Program-made: the position numbers and the translations under genes
Source: Gnetum montanum
Lineage: Eukaryota; Plantae; Gnetophyta
Reading direction: 5' to 3'
Assembly (NCBI GenBank): GCA_015680685.1
Contig: MNCI01001254.1
Span: 67,658 to 131,657 of the forward strand
Length of the DNA stretch: 64,000 nucleotides
Shown: in pieces, positions 48,901-63,710 of the stretch
Numbering within the stretch: the stretch's first letter is position 1
Layout: the number at the start of each line of letters is the position of its first letter
The notes under the pieces: generated by a model
What the model was told of the DNA's origin: nothing
Databases searched by the model: none
The model's input: only the letters and a program-made list of their open reading frames with translations

Positions 48901-51900
48901 ATCTTGATTCAATTTGTGACTACATGGGTTAACATGATAGTATGTAATTGAGGGACACTTTGGTTTGAAGGTTAGTCAATGGAAATTTCACAGGTTGAAA
49001 TAACAGGGTTAATAGCCAAAGGTGTTTGTGAGGGCTTTATGGGATTGTTAGTTTTGAAGAATACCCTCTTACAAGGATTGGATTCATAACCACTCGATTG
49101 AGGAGCCAACTCCAAGTTTACCATCCTCGTTGCATTTCTTTACTATGGATGGGTAGGTATGTCACCCTACATGGATGGAGCAAGTGGTAGAGGAGTTAAT
49201 GATGGTGGTGCAGGAGTGGATGGATCTTGAGTAGGATAGAAAGAAAATGGGGACTTACCTCTTGGAGAAGGTGCTCTATAGTATATTGGAGGATAGTAGT
49301 TGTGTGGGAAGGAAGCATGACTAGAAGAATCATATGGGGAGATATATTGTTGAACATAGTACCCATAAGGATCAGGTTGGTGATAAGGAAATTACTACCT
49401 TGGAGGTGGCATTTCCCTTGACTATGGGTGTTGCCACTACTAGGACTACTCTTAACGTTGAGATGGCACTCCACCCAAATAGTAAGCTTGTTGGTGAAAT
49501 TGCTATCGATAGTTGCCTTATGGATAAGACAACCTCCTAGGTGCTTATCATTTTGCCAATTTAGGATTTAAAGCATACATCCTAGATTCTTATAAGTGTG
49601 ACAATATGGGGAAACATTCCTTGGGATGTTCATATTGGTAGATTTCACACCCCTTATCATCAAATTTTGAATCTACATCCTCCTCTACTGATGCAACTTT
49701 ACCCATATCCTTGCGACATTTACATTTAGCATCTTTTTTCTTCCTTCATTCACGACCACTACCTCCTTGATTTCTACATTCCTTTGTAATCTTGAGAGAA
49801 ATTTGAAACTTCTCATCTAAGGAGTCCCACATCTTATCAACCTTAGCTCATACTTCAGTAATGAATTTTTAGATTAGCAAGGTTTTTCTCTACACCACTT
49901 CAACAAGTGTTTTCTCCTCATCATTCTCATAGAAATAAACCTCTCTCTTGCATATGAAGGGTTCTTTGTTGTATTATTCTATATTTTTCAATTCTTTTAA
50001 TTCTCCTTCCTCTTTGACCACCTACTCTATAAGCCTTTCAATTTGATGGGTCCTTAGATGTAAAAGTCATCCTTAGGCATAGATCCCAAGGATTCTCCTT
50101 ATTTCAGTTCTAAGCCCATCCATGATATGGCATAGTTGATCCCATTGAGAGTATCCATGGCCTACCCATGGCCACATCCAAGGACTTGTGAGTGCCTTGT
50201 TTCCACCCTTGGATTTGCCTCCTTAAATTGGATACTCTAGAGTACATATGGTATTTGTTATTGAACACCTTTGGCATCGTACTCCATCACCAAATAGATT
50301 TTGATTCCAAGGATTAGTACTAGCTTTCTTCTTCCTTTATGAGTGTCCTTGAGAATAGTTTTAGCTTTTGCTATTCATTGTCCACATTTTTTCAGGCACA
50401 AGCATCATCAAAGACTTGCAAATGATTTTGTGGATTTGAATTATATCAATTCTTAAACTTGGGGCTATTGTTCATATTCAGTCATTTAATGCAGCTATCC
50501 TTCAAGTGCCTAGTGAAAATTCTCATAACATCTGAAATATTTAACATATTTCTAGTAGCTAGTAGGGATTCACGTAGTCATAATAGTCTCTGTGGCCCTT
50601 GCCATGGCCATGATGCCTACAATGCATCTTGTTGTATCTTGATTCTCTGTGATGCTCATCCCCTTGCTACTTTTCATGCCCTTGGTTTCTATTGCCATGG
50701 TAGAATCTAAGATCATTCCTTTCCCACCATTCATCTCTATCACGATCTCTGCTACTTCTTCCATGATCTTCACCTTTGCTTCTCCTATTAGAGTTTGAGG
50801 AGGAAGACATTAAGGATGATGATGAAGGTGAAGAGGAAGGAGAATCAACATTGGAATGATGCCTACTACCTTCTCTTCTTTAGTCCCTACCCCAATCACC
50901 ATGTTTATCTTTCTCTTGGTGCTTGCCATTATTCTTTCCTCTAGATGAAAGGCTATGAATGACATCCTTCAAAATCCCTTAAGCTTGAGACCCATTCTTC
51001 TTGTTAACAAGGTTATCCATAATTGGCTACAACCATTGGTTAAGGGTCTCGCCATCAAAGAGAGGGGAATAATCTATGCATTAGGAGACATCTGAAAAGA
51101 AGTTCTCACATTGTTTGTGGGTTTGAAGAAACAAGTGTTTAGGAAATATTTTACCTTTTGAGGCCTCGTATTGAGCTTTCATTTGTAGATCTTTCTTTTG
51201 TTGGACCTTTGTAGGATGATAATCTTGATAAGCATGGTTCGGAACCTCAGACTTCACATTAAGTTTGGCAATGCCCAACTTGATGAGATTGTTCAATAGC
51301 ATTGTACAAAAAAATCAGTTAAGAGGCAACACAATGTTGCCTTCCATGTTCCTCCATCGTAGTTGCTCATCCTAATGTAGGATGAAGGTGCAATTTGAAG
51401 TGTAAGCATTTGAATGAGTATAGACAACTTTGAACTATTGGGGCACTTGTATCTTTTGGCATTCTTGCCTTTGATTGGGTTCCCTTATGAATGGCAGTGG
51501 GGTATCTTCCCTGTGAGAAGAAGTCATATCAGTGATTCTTCAAAAATAGTGTATATTTGTTATTAGTTTTTATCTTAATAGTTTAGCATTAGTTTCCTTT
51601 ACAACATTGTTATATGTTTTCACTATCTTTCCTATGTAGCACACTTAGCTAACCAAAGCCCCTGACAACAACATAAATGATGAGCAGCAAGTAGTTCCTA
51701 CATCCAACCATACAAATCACAGGCATTTCACTAGCAATCTAGTCAAATTCTATGGACTTAGTTCCTAAATACATTGATGAGCAAAGATAACAACTGAGAA
51801 ACATGATCATTGTCTTCTTAGCTTCACTTATGTTAGTGCAAGTATATGGTTGAGTGTAAGCCAAGGCACATGATTTATATTTATATTTATATTTTATTGT

Positions 51901-52525
51901 ATTTTATCTAAATGTTAAATAAGAGAATTAATTAAGGACTAACTCCTTAACTATCTAATGCCTTAATCTAGCTATCCTAACATAAGCATCTAAGCCCACT
52001 TTTTTATCGCATCTTGAATTTGCTTTAACATTATTGGGTTACCAAGTGCCTATTGTTGGGCATATCAAATAACCACTACTAGGATTACTAAGCGTTAAGC
52101 AGTATGTTCGAAGTGATTATACTTATGTGTTATTTAATGGATTAACTAATCATAAACATTAATGAAAAAAATACATGAGTAATAAAGTGTACAAAAGAAA
52201 ACATTAATCTATTCTTAAGTGTTGCAAGGAGTTCTACGAATCTTGTGTTTATTGCTAGCACATCAAAGTGTTTAGGTACATTGATGTTTGAATAAGGGTT
52301 CATGCAATCCTTGAAGTCCTACTATAGGCACTCAAAAAATATGCTAACTCTGGTCTAAGAAAACTGAAAAACTTCAGCTATGCTATGGAGTTAACATGCC
52401 ATAAATGTAGTGGGTATGTGCATTTATATAGGCAAAGATAAATGCTGCATCAACACATCTAACCATGTGTCGATAGAAATGCGTTGACAAGGATGCATTG
52501 ATGCAGCCCATCGAGTGATTCATCA
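39922..52525 (-). mobile_element. Ty3/Gypsy Athila-like LTR retrotransposon, full length (12.6 kb), old and degenerate
   Basis: LTRs 39922-40799 and 51678-52525 (TGAT...CATCA) with TSD atgtt/atgtg. The degenerate tRNA-Asp-type PBS (tatgttgttgtcagggg versus TGGCGCCGTTGCCGGGG) sits next to 51678. Minus-strand motifs: RT SFLDGYSGYNQI and VFMDDF (~47500-47730), RNase H DASNYVLG, integrase ISDNGTHF and YHPQDNGQVEV (~45950-46070). Confidence 0.88.
41020..43450 (-). pseudogene. Decayed extra ORF between pol and the 3' LTR of the Athila-like element
   Basis: Sense-strand coding-like stretches: EAIAEVLELANI...KKEWIQQCYGMNRKEY, a coiled-coil-like GLLKEVNEKEIQLEKVKMNEALWK, and a Pro-rich end QPQPQPQFELPPP...SQEPPPSSTM. 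Boundaries are approximate. Confidence 0.5.
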
Positions 52526-53431
52526 ATGTGAGTACAAAAAGCTACAAATAAACTAAATCTTAAATTAGTACTAATTATATGCTATCATAGCTAGACTATA
52601 ACTAGTATTAGTTTTGGTTCTTCTTTATCTTTGTAATTTCTTATTAATATGTTTGGGCTATCCATACCACTAGGCTAAGTTCATGAGAACTTCTTTTGTT
52701 TCAATGATATTGCTTCTTCTTCTAGCAGTGCTATAACTTTTACATTTGATGAGGAAGAATTTGGATTTATTAATTTATTTAAATTAGTGGTGAACATAAC
52801 TCGTATATTGATAGGTGTTTTGGATAATGTTGATTGGCAAACTAGTGGACTTGCTAATGTATCTCACCATTGATGATATGGAGACTTCTATAATTTCTTT
52901 TTTATTTTAGTTTGTGTAACAATGGGAACTAAGAAAACTATTTAGTTTTGCAATTATTTTTTCATTTAATTAAATTATGTTAAAGATATTACTTGCACAA
53001 ATTTCTTATTATTTTTTGTATTAATACTTTATTTATTTCACCATGGTATACTGTAAATGTTATGTACCTACACCATTGTAGTACCCTATTATTTTCACTT
53101 ATATAAATAACATTTGTTAATTTACTTGTTATTACTTAGTTATGGCTATTACTTGAGATTGTGACTAGTCATTTTATTTGATGCAATTCTTTGTGTATAT
53201 TAAATATTGAGGTTGAGGTATTTGATATATGTCTTAGTCCTCTTCTCTATAAGTTTATGGTTGTTGGATTGCTCATTGTTAATCCAATACACTTCACATA
53301 TTGTTAGAGCTAGTCAATGAACAACTATTTATTCAAAACTAAGAAATAGCCATGATGAAAATACAATCCTATGTTTTATTATCTTAGAGTTAAGTGTTAA
53401 AAGCCTCAAACTTTAAATGAAATTTCTACTA

Positions 53432-56400
53432 TGGTGTAGGAACACCTCTTCCAATTCCCTTGTGCTTTGTCTTACAAGTTGTTTTATAGATTTTAGGCTT
53501 GAAGAAGACATGGACAAATGTGCCCTACTAATGTGTGTCTTCTTGTGGTTGATTTTTGTAGATGATGATTCTTGGATATTTTGGCATGTTTCAAGGTGTT
53601 TTCGGCTCATTTTGATGAGTTTAGGGGGTTTCAAGATTTATGGGACTTTTTTGGAGGCATGAAGAGGTTCTAGTCATCAAAATAGGCATTTTTGTGTTTA
53701 ACACCTATAGGTGGAACACCCCACCAAAAATTGGGATGGCCTAGCTAAGATGATGTCCCAATCGTGATATGACATCTTGAGTGAGACATTTCACTAGAAT
53801 TTGGGATGTCCCAGAAAAATAGCAAACGTCCCATCTGAGAGCTAGGTTTTTGCAGTTGATGTTCCAGCAAAGTTAGAGATGACCCATACAGATGGTGAAG
53901 CTTCCAAAAATGCCCATCCCGATTCTAGAAATAGTTGGAATGTGATGGAAAAAGATGGAAACAGCCAAGGAAAAGATGGAAACAACCAGGAAAAAGATGA
54001 GAAGACTTGAGAAACATCTAGAAAACCTCAAGATAAGTTGAGGAAAGGTTTTTAGATTTCTTATCTTTTGCTTTAACATAAATATTGATGTATTAATCAT
54101 TGTTGTAGAATAAGAGAAAGTGGATGAGCACATTGGGTGAGTGCAATTGGTGATTATAGCTTCAAGATTAGCTTGTGATCTATTGGTCTATGTTCTATTC
54201 TCTTGTATCTCACTTATAAGTTCAAATCTCAGTGTTAGGGTAGTTGAAGAGATTTCTATTGGTTGTATCTTGTATTGAGAGCAGCCATTATGTGGTTGTA
54301 GAGTGTCATGCTCTATAATATTGATTAAGTATCATAGGTTTGGATGCTTGCGGATTTTGTAAACCTATTGTAATCTTCTAATAAATTAATTAAAGATAGC
54401 TAGTTTTCTTGTTTTCTAGCATAAGGTTTTATCTTTGCATAATATTTGAATTTAGTATTAGAAGGTGATTTATTATTAGAGTGAACCTACTCCAATGTTA
54501 TTGGTATTAAAGCCTAGTTTTATTGTTGCTTAGATTTTGGTTGAGGATTTTGTCAATTTTAGATGATACCCAAGAAGAAACAAGTGCAAGCTTTGAATTG
54601 CAACATGGAGAGCATGAAGTCAACCTTCCAAATGATGGTTGCTCAATTGGATGAAGTAGCGTGAAGGTAGATAGAAATGTTAGTCTTAGTTGTATCTAGA
54701 CCCATGGAGGTAAAGAACATATATGTTCAAATGATGAACTTTCATAGCCACATGAAGATGGAGTGGATGAAGAGGAAGGTCAATCTAGCTATGGAAGTGT
54801 AGGAAACCATGATCCAAGGATTCTGATGGGAGGAAATCCTATTCCTCAAATAACAACTCCAAGTGCTCCAATGACATTCAATACTTCTTCAAGCTACAAG
54901 GCCTATGAGAGTGTTGAGAAATGCTTCAAGACTTTCATACATGGAATTGAGGAGTTTTAATAGTGTAGATGGTACCAATGCTTTTGCAAGTTTGCTAAAG
55001 GCACTTGAGAAGCATTTTCAATTGGAAGAGATATCGAATAATGGTTCCTATTGATGAATCTAGATTAGAAGGTTTGGCTTCTACTTAGTGGAAAAAGGAA
55101 TCACAAGGCTATGAAAGATGAAATGATAACTTATTAGAGATTGCGATATGATGAAATACAAGTTGAAGAGAAAATTTGAGTAGTCTCATTAGAGACAAGA
55201 AACCATTATGAAGTTTAAATTCCTAAGGCAAGGTGACAAGGATGTTATGGAATTTTAAATCAAATTTTGTGATCTATTCCATCAAGCTAAGGTAAACTAG
55301 GAGGAGTATGAACAAGGTTCAATCTTTTTAGGAGGTCTCAAAATGACGTACTAGCAAGAGTTGGTCTTCTATAAGCCAGAAAACCTTCATGAGGCTTATG
55401 AATTTACACTCAAGGCTAGGAACAAATTAGATGGATTCAAAAACAAGAGAAAATAAACTTCTAAAGGAAAGGAGAAGGGATCTAGATCTGATAAGGGATT
55501 CAAATCCAAATTTGAAGATGAGGCTAGCCAAGAAAAGAAGACTAAAAAAGGTGATGAGAAGGGTAAAGCCAAGAAGGACTAAGGCAAGGGAGGCAAGTTT
55601 CAAGGTTGAACCTCATCAAAACTATAGTGCTTCAAATGTGGAGAATGAGGGCACAAGTAGTGAAAATGTCTACATCAAAAGGTAGCCAAGGGTAAGGAAG
55701 TGCAAACCATGGAAGTAGAGGAGGCATTAAGCTAAGCTCTTTAGTGAAACAATCCTAATGCTCTAAAAATTGAGGATGTTTCTAAATTAAATTCATGTGC
55801 ATTCATGGAGAATCCCAATAGAGGAGATGATCCTAATAGGAAATTGTTATTTTGGATTGGAGCTAGTTGTTTACTTATTGGGGAATTGATTCATTTTTTA
55901 TTTATGGGGGAGCCTAAGAAAATGTTATTTCTTTTAGGATAGTTGCTAGATTCAATTTGGTAACTAATCCTCATTTGAGACCCTATAAGGTGCATTGATG
56001 GTCTAAAGATTTTTCCCAAGAGGTAAGGAAACAATGTATTTTGAAATTTCAAATTGGAAGTTTTCATGATGTTATGAAGTATGATGTGCTTCCAATAGAT
56101 TGTGGTAATGTAATTCTTGATAGACCTTGGAATCTTGAAAATAATGCTCAGTTTGATGGAGCAAGAAATGTGTGGAGTGTTGTTAAACTTGATGGAATCC
56201 ATGATCTAATTTCTATGATAGCTAAACAAGTGAGGTAATAATGCTCACTTAATGTTTCCTTAATCCTTCTAGGAGAGAGGGAATATGTTAAGGAACATGA
56301 TGAAACCCATATTGGTTTTGTTGTCATGACAATAGTTGCTACTAATCATGATGACATTTCGGTTGAACTTTCTATAGGTATGCTAGGCCTAATGGAGAAA

Positions 56401-59400
56401 TTTTCTAAGGTGTTTAATGGGAAATTGGATGGACTAGCACTAATGAGGAATGTATAACATCAGATTGCCTTCATTCCTGGTGCTATCATTCCAAATGAAA
56501 GAGCTTATCAAATGGTACTAAATCAAAGGACTAAATTGCAAAGGCAAGTAGAGGGGTTACATGCAAATGTCTTCATGAGGGAATCCATTTCACCTTGTGA
56601 AATTATAGTGATGCTAGTACCAAAGAGGGATACTAATGAATGAAGGATGTGCATTGATTCTTGGGTAGTGAATGGGATAATAATGAGGTACAGGTTTCCT
56701 ATTCCAAGGATTTATGATATCCTTGATGTCCTTACCAATGTGGAGTTTTTTAACAAAATAGATTTGTAGAGTAGTTACCATCAAATCAGAATTAGGCTTG
56801 GTGATGAGTGGAAGACAACTTTTAAAACACCAGATGAATTGTTTGAGTGGTTGATGATGGCATTTGGGCTTACAAATGCACTTGATACATTCATGATGGT
56901 GCATGATGTATTAAAGGACTTGTAAGTGTTGTATTGTCTTTTAAAGGAAATTTATATGTATAGCTTTAATGAGGAATAGCACTTGGATCATTTAAGGATG
57001 ATGTGCCTTAAGTTGGAAGAGTTATAACTGGTGATCAATGTTATGAAAAGTCATTTCTTCAAGATGGAAATCACATATTTGGGTTATGTGGTTTCAAAAA
57101 ACTAAATTTGAATGAAAGCTACCAAGGTGAAGGCTATTAGGGATTGGCCAACTCCTAAGAATGTTGGTGAGGTAAGATCATTCCTTGGTTTAGTAGGTTT
57201 TTATAGATGGTGCAAAAAATACTTTAATGGTATTTCATGGCCTATGTTTGCTTTGTTGAATGAAAATAAGAAATTTAGATGGGATAATGAAACTCAAGTA
57301 AGTTTTGACTTGTTGAAAGAAAAGATTACCAGTGAACCAATGCTTGCAATTCTAGATTTTTAAAAGCTTTTTTAGGTTATGGTGGATGCCAATGGACTTA
57401 CCATTGGTGTGGTACTTTCACAAGAAGCTAGGACTCTTACTTTCTTTTCTAAAAAGTTAAATGAGTCAGGGCAAAAATATAGCATATATGAGAAGGAGTT
57501 GTACACTATTCTTTAAACAATCAAGCATTGGAGAAATTACTTATTGTCCAAAGAATTCACTTTGATGACATACCACACAACACTTCAATTTCTAAACTCA
57601 CAAAAGAAGTTGAGTGCAAAGCACATGAAGTGGATTGCATAGTTACAAGAGTTCAATTTTGTGTTGAAGTAAAAAAGTAAAAAAGCTAATGTTATGGCTT
57701 AAGCATTATCTAGGATGCATGTGGCGAATTTCAACATACTCATGTGGAAGGTATGACTAATTTTGCATCTTTGTATGAGCATAATATTGATTTTGGTTAG
57801 GTTTGAAGGAGCTTAAAAGAGCCATTGATGAATAGGATAAACTAGTGGAGGGACTATCATATTCAAGATGAACTATTATTTAATAATGGAAAGGTATGTG
57901 TTCCTAATTGTGATTTTAGGAAAAGGATTTTTTTTGAAAAGCATTGTACTGACATGATAGGTCATATGGATGGGGATAAAACATTGGAACTTATGGGTAG
58001 GTACTATTTTTAGCTTGCTATGGTAACATAAGTTTCAAAATTTATGAAGGAGTGCTTGACGTATTAGAACTTCAAAGGAGGTAAGGGTGTGGATGGATAC
58101 TATATGCCTTTTCCAATTCCAAGAGGCCCATAGGCAAGTGTGTCTATGAGATTTGTGAGTGGTATTCCAAAGACAAAAAGTGAAAATGATGTAATTTTTA
58201 TTATTGTGGATAGGTTCTTCAAGATGAAACATGTTATTCCATGCAACAAGATGAGTGATGCTTTTCATGTGGCAATTTTATTTTTCCAACATGTCATAAA
58301 GTTGCATGGTTTTCCTTTGAATATTGTTAGTGATAGAGACTCCAAATTTACAAGTCATTTCTGGAGGATCCTTTGGAAGATTTTAGGGGCAAAGTTGAAT
58401 TTTTCTAGTGCATATCATCCATAATCTAATGGCCAAATAGAGGTGGTGAATAAATCCTTTCTAAATATATTGAGATATTTGTGTGATGAATAGTCAAACA
58501 GGTGGAAAAACATGTTCTATCATGCTAAATTTTCATATAATAATGCTTTTCATGTTGCTATTGGAAAAATACTATTTGAGGTAAACTATGGATTTTTTCC
58601 AAAGATGGTGGACACTTCGAAAAGATTTGATGGTGAAGCTTAACTTAGTGCTAATTTTGTGCAAGAGATGAGGAATCTCCTTGCACAAGTAAAATCCAAT
58701 CTTGAGAAGGAGGATAAAGAAAGAGTCCTTTAGAGGAATGAGGGCAAATGGAGGTCTAATTTTGCTATTGGTAAAATAGTTTGGATGTAGTTAAAGAAGA
58801 AGTAGTTGAGATGTGTTAACTTCTCTAAATTGAAAGGGAAGAAGATGGGTCCTTTTAAAATCAAGGCTAAGATCAATGATAATGCTTTTGAGATTGATTT
58901 GTCCAACAATGTTGATATGTATTTTCTATTTAATATTTTAGGTCTTATGCACAATCATGGACCAACTAATGAGGAGACCATATAGGGGAGCATTGATGAG
59001 TTGAAGGGGGCTATTGATCAATCCAAGCCTTCAATGAAGAAGAAGGAAATTGTACTCAAGTGAAGGAAAGCTTCTAGCACTTGGGGAGTTAAGAGGAATG
59101 AACATTTGATCCATTGGGAGGATTAATACACAAATGATGTATTAATCCAAAAGACCAAACTTGTTGAGTGGAGGATCACTTCTACCTCTACTCTAATGTT
59201 CACATGAGTTCAGTTTTTGAAGGGTGGAAGAGGTAGAGTAGAAACACCTCTTTTGATTTCCCTATGCATTGTCCTACAAGTTGTTTTGCACATTTCAAGC
59301 TTGAAGAAGATATGGAGAAGTGTGTCCTACTAATGTATGTCTTCTTATGATTGATTTTTGTTTATGATGATTCTTGGAAGTTTTGACATATTTCAAGGTG

Positions 59401-59777
59401 TTTTGGGCTCATTTTGATGAGTCTATGGGATTTCAAGATTTATGGGAACTTGTTTGGAGGCATCCAGAGGTTCCAAGCATCAAAAAAAGCATTTTTGTGT
59501 TTGGCACCTACAAGTGGGACATCCTAGCTGAGACATTCCATCAAAAATTGGGATGTCCCAACTACAACATTATGAGATATCCCAACTATGATATGACATC
59601 CTGGATGAGGCATCTCACCAAAATTTGGATCATCTTAGGACTAGATGGGACATCCTAGAAAAAAGCAGATGTCTTATTTGAGAGCTAGGTTTTTGTAGTA
59701 GACATCTCAACAAAGTTAGAGTTGATCTAGATAGATGGGGAAACTTCCAAAAACCTTCATCCTAATTTGGGAAACAA
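53432..59777 (+). mobile_element. Ty3/Gypsy chromovirus (CRM-like) LTR retrotransposon, degenerate, 3' LTR truncated
   Basis: 5' LTR 53432-~54500 and PBS TGGTATTAAAGCC (54502-54514, tRNA-Met). [32 protein letters not shown]. Integrase IVSDRDSKFTSHFW, FSSAYHP. PPT gaagggtggaagagg. The 3' LTR at 59234-~59777 matches 53432-53935. Confidence 0.88.
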
Positions 59778-60559
59778 TTTCTTTTTCTTATATTTTCAAT
59801 AGTTAGTCCACCTTTTTTTACTACTGTTCAACAAAATGTAACTTTAAGTAAGATTTCAGTTAAATGAATTTCAAAGAATTCTTTAATGACTAAAGAGAAG
59901 CACAATATTTGTTCCTAAGGTCTCATAGAAACATGTTATTGAGTTATATGGTTTCCAGATAGTTTTTTAGAATAAAAAATGTAGAGGAAGTCTATTTATT
60001 AGTGATTACATATCAAATCTTCAAAATGGATATCATGTTCTAAAAACTATAAACTAGAATTTTTTATTATATCTAGGAAATCACAAAGGATTTTTTGGAT
60101 GGTTACAAAGCCTCAAGATATTTTTAAAGAAAGTTAAAAACATTACTAATGTAATACCCCAAGTAGATAGGGTGAACTTGAAAGAAAACAATCAGTAGAT
60201 TATAGTTAATAGTATAATTCATTCAAATGTGAGCCAAAGATAAGCAAAATAAAAAAAATTTATGTTTTTCATTTTTTATGATTTATTTGCATAATTGGCA
60301 AATACATTCTTCTCTTAGTAAATTGATCCAACAACCTATCTCAATAAGGAGACGACAAGAGCTTATTCTTGCTCTAGCAATTTAATTTCTTAAATGAATA
60401 CGAAAAGCTGAGAATAGATACTTTTAAGGACTAGATAACAAACCTCGTCCAAAAAAATGTAAATAAAAAAATGTTTTTCCCCTAATGTGATTAACCAAAC
60501 TTTAACAAAGACTATTTCTTTTATAATTTTCCAAAAGATCCTCTATTACAATATTCCAT

Positions 60560-61560
60560 GATTGAAATCATAATTTTTCTTGATGCAACCATTCATTATC
60601 TTCTTAGCATAGTTAACTTTCTACATGTGACTTAACTTCTAAGTATAAGTAATGAATTGGCTAAATGCTTCAACTTCAAGATGAAGCAAAGCTTCTTCTA
60701 AAGTAAGATACCATAAGTCCACATTTTCACTTGAAATTCACATACAAGAAATGGTTTTTGAACATGCTCTAATTATTTCCAATTATATATGGAAAGAGAA
60801 GATCCTCATATAATACACCCATATAATAATACAAGTTGGACAAGAGTGTAAGAAAATTTCCTTCTAATTTCCCATGCCAAAATTTGTTTCTTGCTACAAT
60901 TATTTCTTACAGCAAATAGAGCTCACATGGCACTTGAAATCCTTTGAGGAACAACAGTATTCCAATTATAATTACTAGAAAATTTAACTACTAAATATTT
61001 ATAAAATTTACATATATCAAGTCTTTTTTGTCCAAAGGAAAAATTATGATTTCCATTTCTAGTACTATGAACTAGAATTTTAGTCTTATCAATGTTAACT
61101 TTCATACCGAAATGGTTGTAGTAATCATGAAGAAGTTGATCATGTAATTTAATCTTATACCTAATTTTGCAATCAAAGCCACATTACCCATGAAGAGAAG
61201 CATGTTAAAAAACAATCCATTCACTAACATATTGTAATTAAAGGCATTTTGCATCCATTCCTCTAATTCATCTATGAATATGGCAAAAAATGTAGGGGAC
61301 GAAGGACAACCTTTTCTAACTCTAACTAAGCTATTGATAATTGTCCCTTCTCTAGTAAGATTATCTTCAATAAGAATGATAAACATCTCATAGATTCTTT
61401 TAGTAGCAAAAAAGAGATCTTATGGAGTGTTAATGCTATCTAATCTCTTCTAAAGTTTATCTTAATTAACATAATCATAAGTTTTAGAGCAATTAACAAA
61501 ATAGATAAAAGTTGTATGGCTAAGCCTTTTAATATGGTTCAAGATAGTTTAACTTCTAGT
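60560..61560 (-). mobile_element. Degenerate LINE reverse transcriptase fragment
   Basis: VRKGCPSSPTFFAIFIDELEE (QG.PLSP.LF motif), MLLFMGNVALI (LLFADD), KVNIDKTKILV, YKYL. Boundaries are approximate. Confidence 0.75.
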
Positions 61561-63622
61561 AATTTGTTTGTAGCTATTGGTCAAGATATGCAAATAATAT
61601 TTTTTTGATAATGTTGATTCTATTGATAGGGTGAGGACCTCCTACCCCTTCAACCAATGTTAATCTTTTCATAAAATGTCCAATTTCCTATCCTAGAGGA
61701 GAGGTTTTTCAAGATTGGTTGTAAGGAAGAAAACCTGAAAAGGCATCCTCAAAATCATTAGGCCTTTCCTTTTTGTTGATTTAGAGGTTTATCTCTCTGT
61801 AGTTCTCCTCTTCTTTTGTATTCTGAATTTTTATCTTTAATATATATATATTTTGAGGTCCAACACCCATATGCAAAACATGATGAAACTCAATAAAAAT
61901 AATTACTATATAACAATATTTTTAAAAGCCTTTTTTTAAAAAAATATTTATAATAACATAATTAAACTTAACCAAACCATGCATGCTTTGCAAGCATTAA
62001 AGAAAAATACAGTATAATGTATTAAAGATGATGTATTTAATAAATATTACATAAAGAAAGTCATGACATTTGTATTAATAATATTAGAAAAAAAATAGGT
62101 TCCATTTACATTAAGTACAAATATAATAAAAATCACCATATAAAAACATTTTAAAAAGTTGTTTAGAATTTGTAATAGGATTGAGTACATATATCGAAAT
62201 CTTGCACTATGCAATTTTTTTCTTTGTAACTTCTATAAGCATTATAATATAACAAGATCCAAAAGATAGAGAGAAACCAAATACATGATAAAACCAATAT
62301 AATGAGGAATCAGGATAAAATTACTCATCTTAACATCTTTTAAAAATAATTTTATAACATTAGTCATCTAAACAAAAAGATTAAGTATTAAATAAGAATT
62401 CTACCTATCTTATTTAGTTTAAGTAGGTCATAAAGATTAGACTATGAACAAAAACATTATTCATAGTTGAATTTGTTGTCTTTATTAACAATTTTCTCAA
62501 CCTTCATGGTAAAAAGTAACCTATGATGAACGTTGATCTTAAAAATTTTTTATAAAAGTAATATAAATTATGTAAAATACACTAATTCTATTAGCAATAA
62601 AAATGTCAATGTGCCTTAAATTCTTTTGAACAAATAGTTTTGCAATATTTTCAACTACACCTTTAATTCCTTATTCAAACAATCTTGCAATATTCCAGCC
62701 TTTTTAATTTTTCCTTTTCCAATACAATTTTATTTTCTTCAATTTTTCCTACAATATTAACCAAATTTTCAATACTCTTCTTAAATTTTGGTTCGAAAAT
62801 GTTTAGCACTTATGCTTTCTTATTACATCTACCTTTAAATGCTTATGTTCTATGTCTTAAATGCATTTTTTTAAAAAAATAGAAAACTTACTATTTTCTA
62901 GCTCTATGAATTTAGTTGGAACACGGTTTATCATTTTCATCAACATTTATAATATTTTCTTGGAGTTTAGATTCTAGTTTCCATTTTTCATTATGGCATG
63001 AAAGAAGCCCTACATGATTTGGATTTGTTCCAAGTACATCATTAATTTATTTAAAGTATAGCAAAAGAGCATTATTGATCTCATGTATATGATTTAGCTT
63101 TTCATGCTTTGTAAAACACTTTTTCAAATTGTATAATTTATCTTTGCATTGAGTCCATGACCTTTTATATTTACAAATTGTATTCACTTCCACTTATATA
63201 ATTTTTTCCCAATGTCTTGGCAATATACTTCTAAGATTAACATTATTAATAAACACTTCAGCGTATGCAAAAATAAGAGCATTGATCTCTGATTTATATT
63301 GTGTGTTATCTTCTAGCACCATTTCGCTATCTTTTGGCATTGTTTGTGTAGAATTTAAAATATCATCAATGACAAAATATTGTTTGCCACATGATTGCAT
63401 TTGTGTACTTTTTGTACCTTAAGTATCTTCTGTAACTATAATTTTAATCTTATTGCTTCTATTTTTAAAAACTATTTACCTCTCTAGTAGGGTGTGAATT
63501 CAAATACAGATAACTATAATTTTTGAAGGAAAGGAGAAACCAAAGAATTATTAAACCAAAGGTTAAAATTTTTCAATGCAAGTTACTAAAACAAACAAAG
63601 GTTTCTTATGTAACCATTTATA

Positions 63623-63710
63623 GGAAAACCAATGTTTTGTAATGGTTCCATAAATGTGGCTGTTATGGAAAACCAACGATTTTTAATGGTTCCATAAAAG
63701 TGACTGTTAT
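63623..63710. repeat. 44-bp tandem repeat (2 copies), possibly subterminal repeats of a hAT-like end at 63488
   Basis: ggaaaaccaa...taatggttccataaa.gtg.ctgttat at 63623 and 63667. TAGGGTGTG at 63488 resembles hAT termini, but no partner TIR was seen. Confidence 0.5.
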
